NCBI GenBank assembly: GCA_963803805.1
Contig: CAWDOD010000004.1
Location: 288,001 to 352,000, forward strand
Length of the DNA: 64,000 nucleotides
Source: an uncultured cyanobacterium
Lineage (GTDB): Bacteria > Cyanobacteriota > Cyanobacteriia > Cyanobacteriales > CAWCAG01
Direction: 5' to 3'
Under the pieces are notes generated by a model. It was not told the DNA's origin, ran no database searches, and saw only the letters and a list, made by a program, of their open reading frames with translations. A program made the position numbers and the translations under genes. Every line of letters begins with the position of its first letter. Positions within the stretch are counted from its first letter, which is position 1. Of the stretch, positions 50,694 through 61,979 are shown piece after piece.

Positions 50694-52331
50694 ATGAAAC
50701 AAAACTTCTGCCGCTTTTTCCCTATTGCTAAATATCTCAGTCTCTTTTTCCTCTGCTTTTCTTTAATTGTTGCTTGTAATAATCAACCCCAAAATTCTTC
50801 TAGTTCAACTCCTGCTAGTAGTGAAGGTGGCAGAATTACCGTGGGTACAACTTTGAAACCTCGTACCCTTGATCCTGCTGATAGCTACGAACTAGCGGGG
50901 ACGAATGTTATTTATAATTTGAGTGATACTCTTTACGCTTATAAGCCGGAGACGACGGAATTAGAACCTCAGTTAGCTGCCCAGATGCCAGAAATAAGTG
51001 AAGATGGCTTAACTTATATTATTCCGGTGCAAGAAGGGGTTACTTTCCATGATGGTACTCCTTTTAATGCTGAAGCCATGGCTTTTTCCTTACAACGCTT
51101 TTTAGAGAATGGTGGTAAACCATCTTTCCTACTTTCAGATACCGTGGAGTCGGTAGAAGCCACAGGAGACTACGAACTTACTATCAAACTCACAAAACCT
51201 TTTTCTGCTTTCCCCGCTTTGTTAGCCTATCCTGGCACTTGTGCTGTTTCCCCAAAAGCTTATGAAATTGGTGCAGGTAAATTTCAACCCAATAATTTCG
51301 TAGGGACTGGCCCCTATAAATTAGCTGAATTTAGTAGCGATTCGATTCGTTTTGATGTTTTTGAGGATTATTGGGGAGAAAAGCCTGCTAATGAAGGGGC
51401 AGATATGCAGGTTTATGCTAGTAATTCTGCTAACTTGTTTAATAGTTTTCGTACTGGGGAAGTTGATGTTGCCTATCAATCCCTCGATCCTGACCAAATT
51501 AAAAGCTTGCAAGAACAAGGTGAAAAGGGTGATTTCCAAGTTTTTGAAGCATCGGGTACTGCGGTTAGTTATATGGTGTTGAACCTGAAGCAAGAACCCT
51601 TAGATAAGTTGGAAGTACGCCAGGCGATCGCAGCGATGTTAGATCGTTCTATATTTAATCAAAGAATTTTGCAAGGTCAAGGAGAAGCTATTTATAGTTT
51701 AATTCCTACTGCTTTTGATGCCTACAAGCCTACTTTTGAAGAAGCTTATGGTGAGGGAAACTACGATCAAGCTAAAGAGTTATTAGAAAAAGCCGGTTAT
51801 TCTCCTCAAAAACCTGCCACAGTCCAACTCTGGTATCCTTCTGGTTCAAATATCCGTGAAGCAGTGGCTTCGACTTTAAGGGCATTAGCAGAAAGAGAGT
51901 TAGATGGGGCTTTGATTTTTGAAACTAAAAGTGTAGAATCTGCCACTGCTTTTAGTAATTTACCTAAAGGGATTTATCCCAGCTTTTTGGTGGATTGGTA
52001 TCCTGACTTTTTGGATGCTGATAATTATATTCAACCTTTTTTAGACTGTACCAAAGGTTCAGCAAGCAAAGGTTGTGAAGAAGGGGCAGCACAGAATCAA
52101 GGTTCTTTCTTTTATAGTGATCGTGTTAATGAATTAATTGATCAACAACGCCAAGAACAAGATACGACTAAGCGTGAGGCTATCTTTGCAGAAATTCAAG
52201 AAATTTTAGCCCAACAAGTTCCTTATCTTCCTTTATGGCAAAGTAAGGATTATGCTTTTGCCCAAAACGGAGTTGAAGGGGTAACAATGAATCCGAGTCA
52301 GAATTTTCCTCTTTGGACAATTAGTAAGTAA
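50694..52331 (+). CDS. ABC transporter substrate-binding lipoprotein, family 5 (peptide/nickel)
   Basis: Lipobox IVAC, TLDPAD, GVTFHDGTPFNAEA, GTGPYKL. Confidence 0.93.
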   Translation: MKQNFCRFFPIAKYLSLFFLCFSLIVACNNQPQNSSSSTPASSEGGRITVGTTLKPRTLDPADSYELAGTNVIYNLSDTLYAYKPETTELEPQLAAQMPEISEDGLTYIIPVQEGVTFHDGTPFNAEAMAFSLQRFLENGGKPSFLLSDTVESVEATGDYELTIKLTKPFSAFPALLAYPGTCAVSPKAYEIGAGKFQPNNFVGTGPYKLAEFSSDSIRFDVFEDYWGEKPANEGADMQVYASNSANLFNSFRTGEVDVAYQSLDPDQIKSLQEQGEKGDFQVFEASGTAVSYMVLNLKQEPLDKLEVRQAIAAMLDRSIFNQRILQGQGEAIYSLIPTAFDAYKPTFEEAYGEGNYDQAKELLEKAGYSPQKPATVQLWYPSGSNIREAVASTLRALAERELDGALIFETKSVESATAFSNLPKGIYPSFLVDWYPDFLDADNYIQPFLDCTKGSASKGCEEGAAQNQGSFFYSDRVNELIDQQRQEQDTTKREAIFAEIQEILAQQVPYLPLWQSKDYAFAQNGVEGVTMNPSQNFPLWTISK

Positions 52332-52371
52332 ATACAGAATTAATCTTTCCCTATTACTAAAGAAGGGACTA

Positions 52372-52615
52372 GGGCGTGTTTTCAAACTATAACCATAGCA
52401 AAATACAAGCGATAGTAATCATCGCAGCATAATTCTCAGCAAGTTTCTCGTATCGGGTAGCAAAACGTCTCCATTGCTTGAGTTCGAGGTTTTTGGGGTG
52501 GGAGTAGCGGTTTTAACTTATCCCACTGTTCGTTTGTTAGGCCTCCTCTGTTCATCACTTTTCTCTGCTTGCCGTTACCTGTTTTCTAGGATACAACGAG
52601 TTTGAAAACACGCCC
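52372..52615 (-). mobile_element. Internally deleted IS5-family element (mini-IS)
   Basis: Perfect 17-bp TIRs GGGCGTGTTTTCAAACT / AGTTTGAAAACACGCCC flanked by TA; inside, MNRGGLTNEQWDKLKPLLP joined to KQWRRFATRYEKLAENY. Confidence 0.9.
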
Positions 52616-52707
52616 TAGTCCCCCAATTAAACCTAAAACTACCCACAGATGAACTAAAAGAAGGATTGACTAATTGGGCAAAGTAAGAGCTAAAATATCT
52701 GGGAAGA

Positions 52708-53313
52708 TTAGAGCAACTTTTGCAGAGATTCAAACCAAGGAAAATGTAAGTGACCAACTGTCAAGAAATCGATCATAATGTGCATAGCAACTATAGCCAA
52801 AACGGCTTGATATCTCCACAATAACCACATCCAAAACAGAGACATAAAAGGCAGAATAAATACCATAGGAATAAAAGGTTCGTGGTCAGGAAGAACTTGA
52901 AACCAAAACAGAGGATGAATCAATCCAGAATAAATGAAATAGCCAAGATAGCCTAAAATAAAAATGAAAATGGAATGCTTAGGAAATTTTAATTGTGCTA
53001 AATAACAACCTAGCAAAAACCAAAATATGAACATGAATTGTTCCAAAATACCATTAAGCAAAGAAAACGAAATCAACTCCGGTAGTTCATAAGGGCCTGT
53101 TTCTTTTTTGATGGTAAATAAAATATAAATAGCCGAGGCTAAAAGAGTAAATAGCCAGGCGAGAATTAGAGAAATTATATAGTTTTTCTGGTGGTGGGAT
53201 GAATCTGAATCAGGACTAAGTAATCCGTAAGCAAACTTTCTCTTTGAAATAACAATAAAGGCTGCGATCGCACAAAATAGCCAATAAATCCAAAGACTTG
53301 TCTCAATAGCCAT
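52708..53313 (-). CDS. Membrane protein, CPBP/Abi intramembrane protease-like
   Basis: Start ATG 53313 after GGAGG; several TM helices, GILEQFMF, LIH and AMHIMID resembling degenerate CPBP motifs. Confidence 0.55.
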   Translation of the reverse strand: MAIETSLWIYWLFCAIAAFIVISKRKFAYGLLSPDSDSSHHQKNYIISLILAWLFTLLASAIYILFTIKKETGPYELPELISFSLLNGILEQFMFIFWFLLGCYLAQLKFPKHSIFIFILGYLGYFIYSGLIHPLFWFQVLPDHEPFIPMVFILPFMSLFWMWLLWRYQAVLAIVAMHIMIDFLTVGHLHFPWFESLQKLL

Positions 53314-53317
53314 AAAC

Positions 53318-53852
53318 TTAATTAACCTCCCTATCCAGGCATTTTTTACGAAGCTTACGATAAGCAACAGATAAAGCATCACCTGCCACATTTAACTCGG
53401 CTGTTATATCATCAGGAACTATTTGCGGTATTTGACTTTCTACTATCGGCTTATCTTGTTGAATAGTCTGCCTAATTAACTTACGGAATAAACCATTTGC
53501 CCAAGGATGAGTGAGAAAATTGCGAAACTGGATAATTTTAAAAATTGTTGTATGCTCATTGACAGGAACAAAGACAAAGAATTGACGCAATTGAAACTTA
53601 AAATCTATGGCATGGAACGCTAAATTAGGTAAATGAAAACCTAATTTAGTCTGAATTTCTTGAAATTCTTGACTATAAATATATTTCCAGAAAAAACCTT
53701 TTGGTAGAGGTTGTTTAGCAACTAGAGAACTACTTCCACCCCAGTCTTCTAAAATAACCTCATCCTTAGCAAGAAGATAGGGTTCTTTTACCATACCACT
53801 ACCGAATAAATTCTGATGCACAAAGGCTGAATGAACCGAATCTATTAAGTTT
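53318..53852 (-). pseudogene. C-terminal catalytic half of a Rieske non-heme iron oxygenase
   Basis: NLIDSVHSAFVH (iron ligands DxxHxxxxH), VPVNEHTT, QDKPIVESQ, DALSVAYRK; no CxH..CxxH Rieske domain present. Confidence 0.8.
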
Positions 53853-55187
53853 AAATGGACATTGCTTTTGAGATTCTTGAGCAGTAGCCCCATCTAATGG
53901 CACAATTGTACCCTGGTTATCAAGATAGCGTTCGGGATAAAACTGCTCTGGTTGTTCGCCAAAATAGGCGGGATTGTGGTGTAATGGTTTCAAGGTAATA
54001 CCAACTACTTGTTGAGCAGGAATAGACCAGCCTTCCAAAACGTCTTTATCACTACTAATTCTTTGTAATCCAGCCATAGGAGGACGAAAGCGTAGGGATT
54101 CGAGAACAACGCAGTTGAGATAATTAAGTTCTTGTAATCCAGCCTCTGTTAATTTTCCCTGATTCCTCCCCATAATTCCATCTACCTCAGCTTGGGCGCG
54201 ATGTAGCTTTTCAGGATGTTGTGCTAAAAGATATAAGCTCAGGGAGACACTGGCAGCTACAGTTTCATGTCCATTGACAATAATGGCAAGTAAGTTATCC
54301 CGTACCTCTTGATCGCTTAATTGCTGTACCTCAGAATCTGGAAAATTTTCCCCTTGCAGTAATAAATCCAGTACATTAGAGGAGTATGATTGAGACTTTT
54401 CTTTTCTCTGACAAATTAGTTCCTCAAGAAACTCATCAATCCCTATAAAAGCACTATCAAGCTTCTGGTTAGATGATAGGGGAAGATGTTTCCACCAAGT
54501 AGTAAATTGGTGTACAGGTCGAGTACTTTGCTGCACAATATATTTAAGATTATTGAGAAACTCATCAGCCTCTCCTTCTAAAGCAGCAAAATCTTTACCG
54601 ATAGCAACTTTACCCACAAGATCTAAAAACAAAGCTAATAGTTCTGGATAAATGTTAACCTCTACACTTTCTCCAGATTGCTGGATATTTCTCTGCCATT
54701 TATGGACAAGTTGTTGGGAATAGTCAACAAAAATATCGTGAAAACCGACGATCTGCTTTTTAGAGAAAACCTCATTCAGCAATAGGCGATGCCGTTTCCA
54801 ATCCTCACCATTGTTAGTAAGAACACTATTACCATAAAGACGCTGAATTAAAGAATTGGGGGGAAACTTCGAGTAATTCTTCTGATTCTCAACAAGAATA
54901 TGACGAATCATTTGATAGTTAGTAACAGAGATTTGCTGTCGCCACATCCAAAAGATTTGCACAATTTCGCCAAATTGTTCATGAAACCAATGATATGCCG
55001 ACAGACGATTTTTAGCCCGATAAACTTTAAGCATATTACCCACCAGCACATTAGGAGTCTCTCCGGGAATCACTCTCCCATCTAGATGATGAAGTTGTTG
55101 ACGTGATTTATTTACTTGTCGAAAATACCAGGTGCTAACCAAAAACCATACTAAAACCAGACCCAAAGTATGAAATAACGATATCAT
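53799..55187 (-). pseudogene. Cytochrome P450 lacking the C-terminal heme-binding region
   Basis: WKRHR, I-helix NGHETVA, ESLR (ExxR), PERY; no FxxGxRxCxG before the stop. Confidence 0.85.
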
Positions 55188-55479
55188 CGATAATTCTCCC
55201 CTTTTTTTACATCTGAATTTAGAAAATGCTCCAGATACAGCTAAAACCCATTTAAACTAAGTTTTCTCAATTTGACCAAATCTATCTCCCTAACTCTCTT
55301 TCCTATTACTTAAATTAGTCTCTATGCCCAAATCAAGAAATAAAATAACATTAAACTTCAACTTTCTGCTCCAGCATTAATCAGCCATGGCAATTCTTGT
55401 AGACAAGCTAGTTATTTTCTCTAAAAAATGACCACAAGTTAATATTATGGAAGCTTTGCATTTAAAATGCCTAACAGTT

Positions 55480-55660
55480 TATTCTAATATTTAAAACAAA
55501 AGTACCCTCATTTAAAAATCTGGATTAATGATTTAAACCCTGAACTATTTCTATTCTGGAAAACTGCTCAATCTGACTTAGAGAAATTAGAATGTATCTT
55601 GCCAGGAATAAAAATCACTCATCTAGATTATGGTGAGCTATTAAAATCAGTAAACGAAAA
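55480..55660 (+). pseudogene. DNA adenine methylase (Dam-like) remnant
   Basis: YLKQKYPHLKIWINDLNPELFLFWK...LEKLE.ILPGIKITHLDYGELL; internally deleted, no start. Confidence 0.55.
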
Positions 55661-55803
55661 CACTTTACACACTTGACATTTAAGACAACTAAACCGGACT
55701 TGGCAGAATATCGACCTTTAGGGAATACTTGAATTACTGAGACTTTAGTAGATTGAACAAAGAGGTTAAGCTCACTTTTAACTTCATCGAAGCAGTAAGG
55801 GCA

Positions 55804-56223
55804 ATGGTAGATAGTAACGAAAATCAACAAAACTCAGATAACTTTGTAGGTAAGGGATTTTCTTTTCCCTTAGCTATGAATGTGCAAGGAAATTTGACCC
55901 TTAGTGGTTACAATCAAAATATTGAAGAGTCCATAAGGATTATTTTAGGTACAAGATTAGGAGAAAGGGTCTATCGGCCCGATTTTGGTTCTCGTTTATC
56001 AGAACTTGTCTTTGCACCTATGAATACTCAAACTCTTCTGATGGTGCGTTTATATGTTCGAGAAGCCCTAGAAAGATGGGAACCTCGCATCACCATAGAT
56101 GGAGTATATACAGAACCAGACCCCACTGAAGGCCGCCTTGATATTACGATTCAATACCATATTAAAGAAAATTACGATTTGCGGAATATAGTTTTTCCTT
56201 TCTATTTGTTACCACCAAGTTAG
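55804..56223 (+). CDS. GPW/gp25 family baseplate wedge protein (contractile injection system)
   Basis: GKGFSFP, IEESIRIILGTRLGERVYRPDFGS, WEPRI, NIVFPFYL. Confidence 0.92.
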   Translation: MVDSNENQQNSDNFVGKGFSFPLAMNVQGNLTLSGYNQNIEESIRIILGTRLGERVYRPDFGSRLSELVFAPMNTQTLLMVRLYVREALERWEPRITIDGVYTEPDPTEGRLDITIQYHIKENYDLRNIVFPFYLLPPS

Positions 56224-56259
56224 TGATCAATTAAGCTGTTATCAATTATCAATTAAATT

Positions 56260-58464
56260 ATGGAATTTGATTTTTTACCTAAGCTGCCTAAACCCGATTT
56301 AGATGACCGCACATTTCAGGACTTAGTAGAAGAGTGTAAGTTACGGATTCCTCGTTACTGTCCGGAGTGGACAAATTATAACCCCAGTGACCCAGGAATA
56401 ACCCTCATTGAGTTATTCGCTTGGTTAACTGACCAAATGTTGCTACGGTTTAATCAGGTTCCTCGGCGCAACTATGTCACCTTCCTAGAACTCCTTGGGG
56501 TACGCCTGCAACCTCCAACACCAGCTAAAACTGCCCTCACCTTTTATCTTAGTGCTTCATTGGATGATGCTTATAGTATTCCAGTTGGGACAGAAGTGGC
56601 GACAGTACGTACAGAAACTGAAGAAGCAGTGGTTTTTCGGACTGATAAAACCTTGGTAGTTGGCAAACCTACCCTCAAACATCTCCTCACTGCAATGGAA
56701 ACTGAAACCCAACCCCAAATTCTCCGCGATCGCTTTAGTGGTATTTGGCGATTGGGGCCTAATGAAGAGTGGGAGGGGCCAGAGTTAAGTTTGTTTAATG
56801 AACAACCTGAAGAAGGGAACTGTTTTTATTTAGTTTTTAACCCCGATGACCCCATTGCCGGGAATGTTATCTCTGTCACCTTTAAAGGAGAAGCAGCTAC
56901 TTCTACCGGTATTAACCCTGAACAACCGCCGCGCCGTTGGGAAGCTTGGAATGGGGCTTTTTGGGAACCTATTTTACTTAAAGAAGGGGATGATAGTACC
57001 GAAGGATTTAGCTTTGCCCAGTTAACCAGGGAAGGAGGTGATCCTTTTGATGGTACAGATGTTATTTTCCATACTCCCCAAAATTGGCCTGTCACTCAAT
57101 TTGTCACTTATCAAGGGCGGTGGTTGCGTTGTGTCTATGCCAAAAAACATGACCGCCAGCCCGGTTATTCGAGTTCACCTCGCATAGTTGGTTTAAGTAG
57201 TCGTTCCTTGGGAGGAACAGTCGGGGCTACCCAATCTACTTTAGTACGGGATGAAATTTTAGGGGATAGTGATGGACAGCCCGGTCAAACTTTTCAACTC
57301 CAAGAAACCCCAATTTTACCTCGCACAGAAGCTGAATATATTGTGGTAACTCCCCCGGTGGGACTGCCCCAAAATTGGCAAGAAGTATCAGATTTTGCCG
57401 AATCTACTAATGAAGATTTCCACTATACCCTAGACTCCACCACAGGGCTAGTTCAGTTTGGTCCATTGATTCGTGAACCAGCCCAACTACAAACCGTAAC
57501 TCATTGGCGAACTCAACTCCAATCCGCTAGGACTGGCCCAGCCAGCGAAGGTGATCAACCGACAGTTCCCCCAGATATAGCCCAGATGGAACGTCAATAC
57601 GGGGCTGTACCTCCGAGGGGTTCAACTATTCGTATGGTTGCCTATCGTACTGGAGGAGGGCTGAGGGGTAATGTCCAAAGCAAAACCGTCACTGTCATAA
57701 AATCTGCTGTTCCTTATGTAGCTAGTGTTACCAACCACAAACCAGCCCGCCATGGTTCCGATGCAGAATCATTGGAAAATGCTGTGATTAGAGTACCAAA
57801 ACTATTACGTACCCGCGATCGCGCCGTAACCGCAGAAGATTTTGAAACCTTAGCTAAAGCTGCGGGCCTAGGTGCAATCGCCCGGGCCCGTTGCATTCCC
57901 TCTTTAAGTCAAGATGACGCTGGCATCGTCCGCCTCGTCTTAGTCCCTCAAGCTAATTTAGATGGCATTGCTAGGAGGGAAGGTATTCACCCCGACTGGT
58001 TTAATCTTAATCAAAGTATTGTAGACCAAGTAATTGCTTACCTTGATGAACGGCGTTTATTAGGGGTAGAAGTGAAGTGTCATAAAGCTGAATATGTTGG
58101 GGTGGCAGTACAAACTGAGGTAGCCCTAGAACCAGAGTATAATAACCCCCAAGCCCAACAGGAAATTCTCAACCAACTCCAAGTTGCCCTCTATACTTTC
58201 CTTAATCCCCTCATCGGGGGACCAGAAGCAACAGGATGGCCCTTTGGTCGGCAAGTTTATTCTTCAGATATTGTTAACTTGTTCCAAATTATTCCAGGAG
58301 TGCGTTATCTAGGAACAGTACAACTCTTTGAAATTCGTCACGATGGGAGAAATTGGGTTAGGAGACTACCAAAAGAACCCGTTATCGACCCCGGCCCCTT
58401 GGGCTTAATCTGTTCCTGGTACGACCATCAACTACGTTCGGGCCACGTAATCAACCTAATTTAA
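56260..58464 (+). CDS. Baseplate J-like assembly protein (CIS)
   Basis: LDDRTFQDLV..RIPRYCPEWTNYNPSDPGITLIELFAW, YRTGGG..GNV, RAVTAEDFE, GWPFGR. Confidence 0.92.
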   Translation: MEFDFLPKLPKPDLDDRTFQDLVEECKLRIPRYCPEWTNYNPSDPGITLIELFAWLTDQMLLRFNQVPRRNYVTFLELLGVRLQPPTPAKTALTFYLSASLDDAYSIPVGTEVATVRTETEEAVVFRTDKTLVVGKPTLKHLLTAMETETQPQILRDRFSGIWRLGPNEEWEGPELSLFNEQPEEGNCFYLVFNPDDPIAGNVISVTFKGEAATSTGINPEQPPRRWEAWNGAFWEPILLKEGDDSTEGFSFAQLTREGGDPFDGTDVIFHTPQNWPVTQFVTYQGRWLRCVYAKKHDRQPGYSSSPRIVGLSSRSLGGTVGATQSTLVRDEILGDSDGQPGQTFQLQETPILPRTEAEYIVVTPPVGLPQNWQEVSDFAESTNEDFHYTLDSTTGLVQFGPLIREPAQLQTVTHWRTQLQSARTGPASEGDQPTVPPDIAQMERQYGAVPPRGSTIRMVAYRTGGGLRGNVQSKTVTVIKSAVPYVASVTNHKPARHGSDAESLENAVIRVPKLLRTRDRAVTAEDFETLAKAAGLGAIARARCIPSLSQDDAGIVRLVLVPQANLDGIARREGIHPDWFNLNQSIVDQVIAYLDERRLLGVEVKCHKAEYVGVAVQTEVALEPEYNNPQAQQEILNQLQVALYTFLNPLIGGPEATGWPFGRQVYSSDIVNLFQIIPGVRYLGTVQLFEIRHDGRNWVRRLPKEPVIDPGPLGLICSWYDHQLRSGHVINLI

Positions 58465-58510
58465 GACAAGGAGTAAACTAAGAATGAATGGGGAGGTGAT
58501 GGCAGGACAA

Positions 58511-58559
58511 TTAGCTGTTAGCCATTAGCCATTAGCCATTAGCCATTAGCCATTAGCAA
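58511..58559 (+). repeat. Heptamer tandem repeat (TTAGCCA-type, 7 units), STRR-like
   Basis: TTAGCTG (TTAGCCA)x5 TTAGCAA immediately before the tail-protein start. Confidence 0.9.
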
Positions 58560-58563
58560 ACCT

Positions 58564-59649
58564 ATGACCCAAGCCCGCGAAGAACTTTTACCCCTAAGCT
58601 TACAACTGGTATCTATGAAGATATCAGATAGTGAGCCTCAGCCTATTAGCAGGGATAAAATTAATAGTAGCGAGTTTCTATCTTCGAGTGCTTTAGTTAA
58701 TCGCAACCAAGCATCTGAGTTAGCTAAGACAGGTTGTAACTTGGTTATTTATCCAGAAGAACCAAGCGAAATACTGGTTAAAATTGCCAATCAGAGTAAT
58801 CGCTGGATTTACTTAAGTATTGCCGCAGAAGGTGATTTTCCTAGCCCTTGGTGTCGTATTGGTATGGAAGGGCATACCTTGCCTCCAGGGGGAGAAATGG
58901 AAGCCGTACTTTACTTACAAATTCCCCCAGACTTTTTTGAGAATAATCAACAGCCTGCTAATGGCCCAGGCTTAGAATTAGATTATTCAGGCATTGCCTA
59001 CGTTAATTACGGCCCCTATAACCCAGAAACCGCAGAGGTTCCTGAAGAGTTACCTTGCATCGCAACTAAGACTTTTCAACTCTACATTCGCCCCCGCAGT
59101 CTCTACGTCAACTTTTTACCCGATATTTATCAGGAAGTTGATTTTGTTGGTCGCATCCTGAAACTTTTTGAAGAGACTTTTGAGCCTGCTGTCAATGCCC
59201 TAGACAGCCTCTGGGCTTACTTAGACCCCTTAACAGCCCCGGAATCATTATTACCTTTTTTAGCCTATTGGGTAGGCTGGAAACTAACACCCCGCTTAAG
59301 TTTGCAGCGACAACGTTACTTGATTCGCCAAGCGATGGAAGTATATCGTTGGCGCGGAACTAGGCGAGGTTTGCGATTGTATTTACACCTATTTACGGGT
59401 TTACCTTTAGATGAAGAACTGCCGGAGGTGGAGAAACACATCAGCATTTCTGAAGTATTTGGTCAAGGATTTGTCACCGGGGGAACTCATTTAGGACAAG
59501 ATTCTATAGTCGGTGGCGGCAGACCTTACCATTTTCTCGTCCGCCTCAAACCAATACCAGGAGACGAAATAGATATCAAGTTGGTTAAACAAATTATTGA
59601 ACAAGAAAAGCCTGTTTTCTCCACCTACGAATTATCCATTGAACATTAA
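58564..59649 (+). CDS. Phage tail protein I-like baseplate protein (CIS)
   Basis: YVNFLPDIYQ, LDPLTAPESLLPFLAYWVGW, YRWRGTRRGL, IIEQEKP. Confidence 0.88.
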   Translation: MTQAREELLPLSLQLVSMKISDSEPQPISRDKINSSEFLSSSALVNRNQASELAKTGCNLVIYPEEPSEILVKIANQSNRWIYLSIAAEGDFPSPWCRIGMEGHTLPPGGEMEAVLYLQIPPDFFENNQQPANGPGLELDYSGIAYVNYGPYNPETAEVPEELPCIATKTFQLYIRPRSLYVNFLPDIYQEVDFVGRILKLFEETFEPAVNALDSLWAYLDPLTAPESLLPFLAYWVGWKLTPRLSLQRQRYLIRQAMEVYRWRGTRRGLRLYLHLFTGLPLDEELPEVEKHISISEVFGQGFVTGGTHLGQDSIVGGGRPYHFLVRLKPIPGDEIDIKLVKQIIEQEKPVFSTYELSIEH

Positions 59650-59691
59650 ATAATTATCAATTATCAATTACATCCTACTTCTTCCTAAAAA

Positions 59692-61160
59692 ATGAAAAAT
59701 AATCATCTCCCGCCGCCGACAATTAAACCTTTTGAACGTATTTCAATTCGGGATGGTTTATTGATTAATGCTGAACGTTGGCGGTTCGCCCATGATTATC
59801 ATAGTCAGAGGCAAAATGTTCACTTTCAATCCCTTAATCAACCAGGAATTGTTTGCGATTTAGGGGTGCATATTATTCCCCCTCCGGTAGAAGTTAGTGC
59901 AAAATATCGAGATAAGCGTTGGCTACAAATTCAGCCGGGAATTGCTATTGATTTATTTGGCAATTTTATTGTAATTACAGACCCAATGGATTTCCGGATT
60001 TCATCGGAAAATCGTAGTGATTTAGCAATGACTGTATATTTAGCAATTAGTTATGTTGATCCAGAAAAACTGCACCGTAAGCCTCAAAACGAATTAGTAA
60101 AAGAAACCTTTCGCATTATTGAAAAAGCTACTCCCCCTAGTGAAACAGAAGTGGAATTATGCCGTGTGGTTTTGCCCCAGGGGGCAGGGAAAGAAATAAT
60201 GTTTCTGTGGAATTAAGAAATCCTCAAGATGTCTTTTATCCCCAGGAAAATGAACTAGATTTACGCTTTCGTCAGCAAGCTAGATCCCGACCACAATCTA
60301 TCATTAATACGGGAATTATTGAAAATAGTTCTTCTAGGCAAGAAGACAATATTACTAACTTAAGTTATTTATTAAAATCTTTACCTGGGCTATATCCATC
60401 TCTTCAAGGAGAAAATATTATTGCCAAGATTAATTTGTCCCAGGTAAAAGAACAAGAACAAATTCTAGAACAAGATTTAATTTTCTTAAATCATCAACCT
60501 GAAGATGAATTTGGGCAAGTAGAAGTTGAACTTTTACAAGACTATTTACAAAGAGGCGGATTGCTTTTAGTAGAAATTGCTACCCAAGGCACTGATTTAG
60601 GGGCTTTGTTGCAAATACAACAAGAATTACAACAGGCGATCGCAGATGTAGCAGAAGATCAAGCCTTAGCTGGTTATATGCCAGATTTAGAAGCAGAATT
60701 GTTAGCAGTAAAAGAAGATTTAGCACAAAGAATTGGCAGCCGTTCGGGAGTATTTCAAGATTTGGCTGCAAGGTTAAATACCCCTTTAAAGCTATTTGAT
60801 GATTTGCCCCGTGATCATCCTCTACGTACTAAACCTTTCCTCTTCGCAGCGTTACCAAAAATCAAAAGACAAGGGGTTCAAATTTTAACAGGAGGAGGTA
60901 TCGTTGCCATTGTTGGTAATCTATCTTCGGCTTGGGGTTTAGACCCAGAACTTTCTTTATCTAGAGAAACTATACGCACTGCCCAAGAAATGGGTATTAA
61001 TATTTTACTTTATGCTTGGTATAGGAAACAAATGCTTCAACTACAAAGCGCCCACTCAACCCCAACTAAAACTCCTCCTCCTCAACAACAACAAAGCCCT
61101 AAGCAAGAGAAAGCTAAAAAATCAAAACGTAGTAATCAATTATTTGATCAGTTGATGTAA
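59692..61160 (+). pseudogene. CIS-associated protein (DUF4159-like C-terminus) split by a -1 frameshift
   Basis: ORFs 59692-60216 (DGLLINAERW, PGIVCDLGV, IQPGIAID) and 60159-61160 (YLQRGGLLL, HPLRTKPFLF, AQEMGINIL) overlap near 60180-60200. Confidence 0.7.
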
Positions 61161-61288
61161 TTTCTAGTTGCTAGTTGCTCATCGGGAACAGTATTTTACC
61201 TATTACCTATTACTTTTTTCCTAATCGAACCGAAAGGCTTAGCTGAACTCTTAAATCGTAGATATTTCAGATTATTGGATTTTTAATT

Positions 61289-61312
61289 TTCATACCTTGA
61301 TTCAGCAACGCC
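61289..61312. repeat. Lone terminal repeat related to the element at 8817
   Basis: TTCATACCTTGATTCAGCAACGCC. Confidence 0.65.
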
Positions 61313-61319
61313 TGGTTGT

Positions 61320-61496
61320 TCAAATCTTTCGGAGTTGGCTAGAACTAATGATCTCTTCAACAGTTAACTTTAATTCTGGGAAGGTGGCAGAGATAACTTG
61401 GTCTTTGCCCTGGAAAGATTTAACCTTATACTGACCAGCAACCAATTGGTACACAAAAATAGTAGGAACTTTAGGATAGCCAAGATAGTTGCGACC
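61320..61496 (-). pseudogene. Uma2-family endonuclease C-terminal fragment
   Basis: GRNYLGYPKVPTIFVYQLVAGQY....FQGKDQVISATFPELKLTVEEI. Confidence 0.7.
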
Positions 61497-61559
61497 AAAG
61501 ATAAAAGTTACTCGTTCTTCCCCTGAAAATGATTATTCTCCTTCAGAATGGGTCATACT

Positions 61560-61945
61560 TACGAGTTTCCAAGCCCAAGCGCTTTACCTTAGTATTAGCC
61601 TTAATTATTGTTCAGCGTACCGATGAAGTGGGAGAATTAGCTAGGGTATTCCAAGTTACGGCTACGGTAATTGATGCTCGTGAAGCAGTTTAAGAGAGAG
61701 GCAAGAAAAGGCTTATACAAAAGCGATCAGCTAATGGCTAGTCGCTTTTAGCTAGTTGCTAAAATTTTATACTTGGTGAGGATATTTTATTTATTGGAGT
61801 TCTCTTAACAAAACAAATGGGCAAATTACGCTCAGAAATTGACCAAGCTAGAAATACTCGCTATAAAGGTCGTAATATTGATGCTAATTATTTAAAAAGT
61901 TTACAAGCAAGGGCTAAATTACTACAAGATAAACAAGATAATTGA
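61560..61945 (+). pseudogene. HAMP-domain protein remnant
   Basis: RTDEVGELARVFQ...ARE, then after an interruption KLRSEIDQAR...YLKSLQARAK. Confidence 0.55.
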
Positions 61946-61979
61946 TAATGGAAAAAAATCAAGAGGACAGGGTTATCCT

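Noticed and set aside
58511-58559. Tandem heptamers here and at about 550, 8860, 25620, 35565 and 62020 as a CRISPR array
   Set aside because: No spacers and no cas genes; these are ordinary cyanobacterial short tandem repeats.
55804-61160. Prophage tail module
   Set aside because: No capsid, terminase, portal or integrase genes; the gene set and HIP1 content fit a resident contractile injection system.
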